Assembly: GCF_006345805.1 (NCBI RefSeq)
Contig: NW_021829557.1
Span: 1-5,861 of the forward strand
Reading direction: 5' to 3'
DNA: 5,861 nucleotides
Origin: Octopus sinensis
Lineage: Eukaryota
Part shown: positions 1-5,830 of the stretch, in pieces
Layout of the letters: every line of letters starts with the position of its first letter
Numbering within the stretch: the first letter of the stretch is position 1
The notes under the pieces: generated by a model
The model's input: only the letters and a program-made list of their open reading frames with translations
Databases searched by the model: none
What the model was told of the DNA's origin: nothing
Made by a program: the position numbers and the translations under genes

Positions 1-340
1 TGCTGCTTTGTTGTGCCGTTATAGCCAGTGGCTGAACTGGACCTATTGCTTCTGTTAATACTACCAAAGTGGCGAACGGGTCTGGCATCGTGGACGTCGG
101 GGAAGCTGTTAGTAAGGTTAGTGTTGTGGTGGCGATGCCGTTGTTGTTGTTGTTAGCGATGTTGCCATCCAATGTGGCGGTGGTGGCGATGGTGGCTGTT
201 TTACTGGCTCTGTTCTTATGCCTACTGCTGTTATTGCCTCTACCAGTGTTAATGGCATGTCCTGCTAGAACCTCGGATTGATATACGACCCGTTTGGATT
301 TGCTGGGCCTCCTACCGGACATCTGCTTTGGATCCTTCAT
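1..340 (-). CDS. Candidate coding exon/ORF, open at the left window edge; low-complexity Thr/Ser/Asn-rich peptide (MKDPKQMSGRRPSKSKRVVYQSEVLAGHAINTGRGNNSSRHKNRASKTATIATTATLDGNIANNNNNGIATTTLTLL...AQQSS)
   Basis: My manual translation shows no stop from 364 to the edge (TAA at 367-365; ATG at 340). The region is more GC-rich than its flanks, with an in-frame (AAC)5 poly-Asn at 154-140. It is absent from the ORF track because it has no stop. No domain recognised; Kozak context and splice acceptor are weak. Confidence 0.35.
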   Translation of the reverse strand, partial: MKDPKQMSGRRPSKSKRVVYQSEVLAGHAINTGRGNNSSRHKNRASKTATIATTATLDGNIANNNNNGIATTTLTLLTASPTSTMPDPFATLVVLTEAIGPVQPLAITAQQSS

Positions 341-434
341 GAACAACCTGCCTCTTTCTGAGTCTTAGGGCCGCTAACTTGGATGCTCTTAATATTGAGA
401 CGGCAGCTAAACGAGACCCTAACGTTGTGCCTGT

Positions 435-495
435 TGAAGACAGCAACATCGATTGTCAAGCGATCATGGGGGGGACACAGTCACAAGACACACAC
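435..495 (-). mobile_element. Post-microsatellite segment of the same tRNA-SINE type whose head is at 923-1097
   Basis: The minus strand reads GTGTGTCTTGTGACTGTGTCCCCCCCATGATCGCTTGACAATCGATGTTGCTGT. This matches the segment I recall following the internal (TA/TG)n tract of this octopus SINE (TGTCCCCCCACCATCGCTTGACAACCGATGCTGGTG). Same orientation as the head. Confidence 0.6.
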
Positions 496-628
496 ATACA
501 TACATACATACATACATACATACATACATAAATACATACATACATACATATATACATAAATGTATGTATGTATATAGATATGTATATATATCTATATATG
601 TATATATATTTATACACATATATACATG

Positions 629-660
<32 letters not shown>
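491..660. repeat. Compound microsatellite (CA)n/(TACA)n/(TA,TG)n
   Basis: Directly visible tandem repeats. Confidence 0.97.
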
Positions 661-701
661 ATGAAAAGATTTGAAGACACACCACCCAATAACCTAACGC
701 T

Positions 702-802
702 ACATATTTTCTTTCCTTCTGATGAGATTTTGTCTAATATAAGGATTTAATTATCGTAATTTAATCTTTAGGCTAAACTGAAACAGCTGTAAGAGAATAT
801 GT
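702..802 (+). ncRNA. Candidate type I hammerhead ribozyme with palindromic helix III (predicted cleavage after A791, GUA triplet)
   Basis: CTGATGA 719-725; long hairpin 726-779 as helix II; GAAA 780-783; ACAG|CTGT palindrome 783-790 as helix III; H17 = A791; helix I formed by 792-802 with 702-710 and 717-718. Confidence 0.65.
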
Positions 803-817
803 TGTATTTTTGCTGTT

Positions 818-823
818 AATAAA
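818..823 (+). promoter_or_regulatory. AATAAA polyadenylation-like signal downstream of the hammerhead
   Basis: Exact hexamer 27 nt after the predicted cleavage site; common by chance in AT-rich DNA. Confidence 0.3.
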
Positions 824-861
824 TTATATTAACGCTACATCTTCATTTTCTAAATCTTCTT

Positions 862-922
862 CATATATACGTATGCATACACACGCACACACTCACACAT
901 ACATACATATACATATATATAT
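862..922. repeat. (TA)/(CA)/(TACA) microsatellite; internal simple-repeat tract of the SINE
   Basis: Directly visible; abuts the SINE segment at 923. Confidence 0.9.
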
Positions 923-1097
923 GACGGACTTCTTTTAGTTTCTATCTTCAAAGTCCACTCACAGGACTTGGATTGCTCTGAAGCTGAGGCTATAGTAGAA
1001 GACACTTGCTGAAGGTGTCACTGAACCCGGAAGTGGCACTGAATCCGGAACCATGTGGTTAGGAAGCAAGCTTCTTACCGCACAGCCGCGCTTTCTC
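923..1097 (-). mobile_element. tRNA-derived SINE 5' half (CORE-like central motif)
   Basis: The minus strand reads GCGCGGCTGTGCGGTAAGAAGCTTGCTTCCTAACCACATGGTTCCGGATTCAG...ACCTTCAGCAAGTGTCTTCTACTATAGCC...GAAACTAAAAGAAGTCCGTC, then the microsatellite. A-box-like GGCTGTGCGG and B-box-like GG(A/G)TTCAG are present. Matches an abundant octopus SINE from memory. Confidence 0.85.
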
Positions 1098-1320
1098 ATA
1101 CATATATCAAATTACGCTTTCTCATACATAAACAAACCGCGTTCTCTCCAAAATAAGCATAAATCTTAGACTCACATACACGTACATTCACCAAACATAG
1201 AATAAACCAAAGGCATACACATATATCAAAGCACTTACATACATACTCACACATACGCACACACGTGTATATCAAACCACTCAGTTTCACACATACAGAC
1301 TCACCACACACATACACTCA
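1089..1320. repeat. Degenerate CA/TACA-rich tandem repeat; first units have a ~26-bp period
   Basis: CGCTTTCTCATACATA at 1089-1104 and 1115-1130, a degenerate third unit from 1138, and recurring ATATCAAA. Confidence 0.65.
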
Positions 1321-1578
1321 TGGATGAACAGATACAAATAAACATGTTAAAACCAACTCCTAAATTTTAGGTTAGAATACGAAGTTCTTGGCAAAAATGA
1401 TTCAAGATAAAATGGCAATAGTTTTATTGCCAACGCTATGAGGTTTACAAGACTAATCTGTTAACAAGTGAAGCCCTAGCAGTATTTCGATGCCACGGGA
1501 GAGAAGAGAATCTCGACAAACGTCTGGAAGAAAAATTAATTACCTCTGTTTATTTTAAAGTGTGGCAAACAACTTTAT

Positions 1579-1745
1579 GGGAAGTCAACTGGTAGGGTTG
1601 TTGGAATTTTGGATTAATTGCTTCTCGGCTGTCGTACCGGCTCTCTCTCTCTTTGCATTGGGTTCAAATCCCATCAAGGCCATCTTTGCCCTTCATCCTT
1701 TCGGGATCGATTAATGAAGTACCTGTCTTGTGTTGGGGTCAATTC
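1579..1745 (+). mobile_element. Old, degenerate tRNA-SINE with a Meta-domain-like core
   Basis: B-box GGGTTCAAATCCC 1660-1672, followed by CTTTGCCCTTCATCCTTTCGGGATCGATTAATGAAGTACCTG (1684-1725). This resembles the TTCATCCTTTCGGGGTCGATAAA-AGTACCAG SINE core I recall. Decayed A-box near 1589-1600. Confidence 0.7.
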
Positions 1746-1909
1746 TTCTGTTTCTCTAAATTTTTATTTCTTCCGGTTTATCTGACTTTCTCCCCGTTTG
1801 GGAGACATCCACTACAGTCAAACCCAGAAATGTTTGACCTTTAACAGGTCTAAGATGACTAAGACTTCGTGAACGAATTAAGGACCCGTTGCATGGTTTC
1901 GCACACTGA

Positions 1910-1998
1910 ACAACTTTCGACCCGTCTTGCCAACGTCTTATTTATTTCATTCTTTCGAGGTTGATAAATTAAGAACTTGTCTGGTACTGATGTCATTT
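1910..1998 (+). mobile_element. Second, more decayed fragment of the same SINE core
   Basis: TTTCATTCTTTCGAGGTTGATAAATTAAGAACTTGT (1945-1980) aligns with TTCATCCTTTCGGGATCGATTAATGAAGTACCTGT (1692-1726). Confidence 0.55.
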
Positions 1999-1999
1999 A

Positions 2000-2000
<1 letters not shown>

Positions 2001-2095
<95 letters not shown>

Positions 2096-2132
2096 TTCTC
2101 TCACTCTCTCTCTCTCTTTCTCTCTCTCTCTT

Positions 2133-2185
<53 letters not shown>

Positions 2186-2215
2186 TTCTCTCACTCTCTC
2201 TCTCACCCCCTCTCT
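2001..2215. repeat. Long (CT)n/(AG)n microsatellite with TT and CA interruptions
   Basis: Directly visible ~215-bp polypyrimidine tract. Confidence 0.98.
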
Positions 2216-2636
2216 CCATCCATTAGTTGAAATACGGACGGAGTGTGGGAGTGAGCATATGTACCCAATCCAAATCGCTACCCTAGAACTTGACATATAC
2301 ATTTCAGATTGATCCGCTATGATCTTTGCTGAAACTCATTATCATTGGCGAGTGACTGGCAGTAATCCTAGTTCTGTGAACTCCAGAGGAATGGCACTGA
2401 TAAGAAAAGTCAGTGTCAAAGACCTCTCATACGTATCTCTCCTGCACACAGCGTTTACGAAGTTGGTCACGTTTCTTGCAAAAAGGTTTGCGCCTGTTGT
2501 CGGGGTGTGGGGCACAGACAAGTATCATTGTCAATTCACAATAGCATCCCATGCAATACTTCATGGAAGAGATAAACGAATAAAGCTAACTTTGCCCGCT
2601 TATTAAATAGTTCCTGTATCGTTACCAAGCGTAAAG

Positions 2637-2663
2637 AATGGTTCTCCACCATGGAGAACCATT
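2637..2663. other. Perfect 12-bp inverted repeat with 3-nt loop
   Basis: AATGGTTCTCCA-CCA-TGGAGAACCATT. Confidence 0.9.
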
Positions 2664-2694
2664 GCTCTCAATCTTCTAAACAGTCAACCTATTT

Positions 2695-2731
2695 AACAAC
2701 AACAACAACAACAGTAACAACAGCAGCAACA
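2695..2731. repeat. (AAC)n/(AGC)n trinucleotide repeat immediately upstream of the SINE
   Basis: Directly visible. Confidence 0.95.
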
Positions 2732-3073
2732 GTGGAGGCGCAATGGCCCAGTGGTTAGGGCAGTGGACTCGCGGTCGGAGGATCGTGGTTTCGATTCCCA
2801 GACCGGGCGCTGTATGTGTTTATTGAGCGAAAACACCTAAAGCTCCACGAGACTCTGGCAGAGGGTGGTAGCGACCCCTGTTGTACTCTTTCGCCCCAAC
2901 TTTCTCTCATTCTTTCTTTCTGTTTCTTGTCCCCGACTTCCTACGCAACCGCTGAGCCTGGATGCGCATTCATCCATCCGTCGATGCTCTCGGTGTCGGG
3001 GTTTGACCTGCTTTCTCTTCTGCGGGTCTTACGAATAGCAAAGGACCACGTTTCGGATTTCTCCCAAACGCTT
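2732..3073 (+). mobile_element. Apparently full-length tRNA-derived SINE ending in an (AAC)n tail
   Basis: A-box TGGCCCAGTGG 2744-2754; B-box GTTTCGATTCC 2788-2798; CORE-like TGTGTTTATTGAGCGAAAACACC; structured 3' half; (AAC)n tail from 3074. Confidence 0.9.
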
Positions 3074-3139
3074 AACAACAACAACAACAACAACAACAGC
3101 AGCAGCAGCAGCAGCAACAATAACAACAGTAGCAACAAC
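3074..3139. repeat. (AAC)n(AGC)n trinucleotide tail
   Basis: Directly visible. Confidence 0.95.
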
Positions 3140-3499
3140 CAAAAATTAGAGTGAGTTATTTACAGCCGGGTCATTAAGAAGTTATTTGCAAGTCAGAAAC
3201 GTCGACGGTCTCTAAGTATACGAACGTTTTACTTGATCCCTATAGAAAAATCATTTAACCTAAAAAATAAAGAAATAAAACATTGTAAAGAATATAGTTT
3301 ACTCGTAGCTAAGCTAACATTTTTTTAGAAGGTTCAAACAAGAATTTTTTTCAGTGTAAATTAATACTTTCTAAAGAAGCAAAACCGAAAAGAAGAAATT
3401 AAAAAGAAAAACACTGAGTGTAAACAAATTCTTCTAATGAATTTCAAAGGAAAATAGGTGGGCGTTTTATGGGTTGCTTAGACAGAAAAAGATCTCTCC

Positions 3500-3830
3500 C
3501 CACCCTCCAAGGTCAACCTAAATTCCGCGTATATTATAAGTCCTATCTTGCTGCCTCGGCTGCAAACTCGGGTATTCACTCGTAACGCAGAGGAGAGAAA
3601 AATAAGCAAACACAGGAGCTTGACCGGCCGGTATCAGTTTGTGCCGGTCGCCGTCGGGACCTCACGCATAACTGTGGCCCGTCTTAGAAATGAACCCCAC
3701 GATGTGGCGTGACTATTGCAGCGAGTGACACTAGTCCTTCTCCGCCGACAACGCCTTTGCAATCCTGTCCACGAGATGCGGTTAAACACGCCATTTTTTC
3801 TGCGGTGTACGATCCGTTTCTTCCTTCTTC
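3500..3830. promoter_or_regulatory. CpG-rich, promoter-like segment
   Basis: About 27 CpG by hand count in 3521-3831, within AT-rich surroundings. Motif matches: CCAAGGTCA (NR5A/FTZ-F1-type) 3507-3515, TATAAG 3535-3540, Inr-like TCAGTT 3634-3639, YY1-type CGCCATTTT 3789-3797. Confidence 0.4.
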
Positions 3831-3892
3831 GACAATCTTATTTTCGTTTTTCTTTCTTTTTCTTTGTTTCCTTGGTGAGAGTTACAAATAGA

Positions 3893-3916
3893 ATGGAAAC
3901 TAACTGTGCACTACAG
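3893..3916 (+). CDS. Possible micro first coding exon METNCALQ followed by a phase-0 intron
   Basis: ATG in good context (A at -3, G at +4) and donor CAG|GTACGT at 3916/3917, just downstream of the CpG-rich segment; no homology recognised. Confidence 0.25.
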
Positions 3917-4149
3917 GTACGTGCCGTTGGAAAATATCCTCTGGGTTGGGTGCAGACATAAAATAATGGGAATGAGAACAAATGACCTTATCTCTGTGAG
4001 ACAGCGCGAGACAATTTTAGACTGTGAGCAAATGGTCTTATTTCAAACAGATTAAGATAAGACTACGTTATGACAACAAGACATCTATTTATTTGACCTA
4101 GCATGGCTAAAGTCAATTGACTGTAACTTGTCGAAAAGTGTGAATGCGC

Positions 4150-4519
4150 ATATATATATATACTGTATATATAGACAGAGAGAGAGAGATAAATCGATAG
4201 ATAGATAAGATTTTTATATATTATATATATATATATATACATATACTATACATACATATATATATATACATATATATATAATATATATATGTATATATAT
4301 ATTGTATATATATATATATATATATATATAATACATACATGCATACATACATACCTATAAATGTATACATACGTATATGCAAATTATATATATTTGTTGG
4401 TCTATATATACGTATATATACATGTGTGCGTGTATGTGTTGAGTATGTATATGTATATATGTGTGGTATAATATATGTATATGCATATACACAACACACA
4501 ACACACACACACAACACAC

Positions 4520-4595
<76 letters not shown>

Positions 4596-4617
4596 CATAG
4601 ATATATATACATATATA
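4150..4617. repeat. Large compound (TA)n/(TACA)n/(AG)n/(CA)n microsatellite
   Basis: Directly visible. Confidence 0.97.
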
Positions 4618-4762
4618 AGTAAAGATATTGCCAAATAACGTGGCTGTCCTGGATGGAACGATTGTTGTATAGACCAGCCAGATTATGTCGGCAAATAGTC
4701 TTTGCTTTAAAGAACTCTTACTGAATATCACTATTTGATAGATTTAAAAATAATAATGTTTC

Positions 4763-4840
4763 TATAAATATACATACATAAATAATACATATGTATATAT
4801 ATATATTTACACTCACCCACTCATACACATATGTATCACA
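4763..4840. repeat. Degenerate (TA)/(TACA)/(CA) simple repeat
   Basis: Directly visible. Confidence 0.8.
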
Positions 4841-5011
4841 TGATGTAGAATTCAAGCAAAACGTTTAATACTCCCCATTCGCCGGACGATGTTACTTTAT
4901 GTTTATGCGAGTAGGTATCTGTGCGCCTTTGTTCGCACATGTGTGTTTGTGTGGTTGTGCGCCTGTAAAGTAGGAACGTGCTAACACTTACACACCAATT
5001 TTCTTACTGGC

Positions 5012-5013
<2 letters not shown>

Positions 5014-5071
<58 letters not shown>

Positions 5072-5094
5072 ACATATATATATATATATATATA

Positions 5095-5139
<45 letters not shown>

Positions 5140-5161
5140 TATTATATATATCAATATATAT

Positions 5162-5221
<60 letters not shown>
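5014..5221. repeat. (TA)n microsatellite
   Basis: Directly visible. Confidence 0.98.
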
Positions 5222-5223
<2 letters not shown>

Positions 5224-5329
5224 AACGGTGTATAGTAATGATTTCCATAAAAGGTTAGCAAGCAGATCGAGGATTGTACAGGATGAGGCGATACAAAATG
5301 ATGTGATGTGCGGTTAGTTGAAGGAGTGT

Positions 5330-5830
5330 AAGGGGTAAAGATCTTCGGTCACGAACTACCGTGGGATTGCACCAAGAAAGTTCTCTTCCAGGTAAAGTTG
5401 TTTATGGAAGACTAGCAGTCACCAATGCATACCAGCCTCCCTTCTCTTAGCTAGGGGTCGGACGGTAGGGGCGGTCTACCCTGGCCGGCACTTTTAAAGG
5501 GCCGGTACTTTTCATCCTGTTGTATGCTATTGCTGTAGGTAATATGTGTTTTTTATGGGGTCAGCGGGTGGCAAACGAAAGGGTCGGTCCAGGCGGCAAC
5601 ATACTCTAGCTATGCTAGTACTCTCCTCTCCACCTATGTTATCCAAGGGAAAGGTAAAGGGGCCGATGCAGCTTGGTACCAGTGACATCACAACTCATTT
5701 CTATAGCTGAGAGAAATGGAGCAACGTAAAATAAAGTGTTTTGCTCAAGAACACCACACACCGGGAATCGAACTCATTACTTCGTGATTGCGAGCTCGAT
5801 GCTCTAACCACTGAGCCATGCGCCTTCACC
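5330..5830 (-). mobile_element. Full-length tRNA-derived CORE-like SINE with 8-bp target-site duplication, interrupted by a nested insertion
   Basis: The minus strand starts GGTGAAGGCGCATGGCTCAGTGGTTAGAGC. A-box at 5818-5808, B-box GAGTTCGATTCCC at 5775-5763, CORE-like TGTTCTTGAGCAAAACACTT...CTATAGAAATGAG, and a TTTACCCCTT end. Flanked by AGGAGTGT at 5322-5329 and 5831-5838. Confidence 0.92.
5447..5620. mobile_element. 174-bp MITE-like non-autonomous DNA transposon nested in the SINE (hAT/Tip100-like termini)
   Basis: Ends are TTAGCTAG and CTAGCTATGCTAGTA (inverted; the left end lacks 7 nt). Flanks CTCCCTTCTC (5437-5446) and CTCTCCTCTC (5621-5630) are 8/10 identical. SINE sequence resumes on both sides. 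Confidence 0.65.

Larger units (their letters stand above)
661..863 (+). mobile_element. ~200-bp non-repetitive island inside the SINE microsatellite; probable Penelope-like element pseudo-LTR or retrozyme fragment
   Basis: Flanked by (TA)n on both sides. Contains a hammerhead core, AATAAA (818-823) and an 11-bp direct repeat TAACGCTACAT (695-705, 830-840). Confidence 0.45.

Noticed and set aside
69-281. Hydrophobic + strand ORF resembling a membrane peptide
   Set aside because: Hydrophobicity comes from GTT/GTG/CTG-rich low-complexity sequence antisense to the longer open minus-strand frame
453-750. ORFs 453-674, 456-689, 464-685, 568-750
   Set aside because: Translations of TA/TACA microsatellites (IY/YI/HTY repeats)
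1524-1543. 20-nt GT...AG on the minus strand (GTAATTAATTTTTCTTCCAG) resembling a micro-intron
   Set aside because: Far below the usual metazoan minimum intron length, with no flanking ORF restored
1927-2312. ORFs with LSLS/ERER repeats
   Set aside because: Artifacts of the (CT)n tract
2319-2606. 95-aa ORF and the other five frames of 2340-2640
   Set aside because: No recognisable domain, frequent stops in other frames, no convincing splice boundaries
2734-2808. tRNA gene-like sequence (also 5758-5827)
   Set aside because: A and B boxes are present but acceptor and anticodon stems do not pair properly, and the sequence continues into SINE body; these are SINE heads
2931-3045. HDV-like ribozyme in the SINE 3' half (hairpin followed by CGAA at 3032-3035)
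   Set aside because: Could not place P2, P3 and L3 in the required order, and P1 does not start with a G.U pair
2816-3156. 112-aa ORF with poly-N/S ending next to a GTGAGT donor-like motif (3151-3156)
   Set aside because: Made of SINE body and trinucleotide tail; no support for exonisation
3160-3215. Second hammerhead-like GAAAC-GTCGAC-GGTC with palindromic centre
   Set aside because: No CUGANGA upstream (best match ATTAAGA) and no convincing helices I or II
3510-4099. Cluster of AGGTCA nuclear-receptor half-sites (3510, 3983, 4094)
   Set aside because: I count five in the whole window against about three expected by chance, and there is no DR/IR spacing
4221-5248. ORFs 4221-4634, 4339-4638, 4355-4612, 4988-5248
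   Set aside because: (TA)n translations
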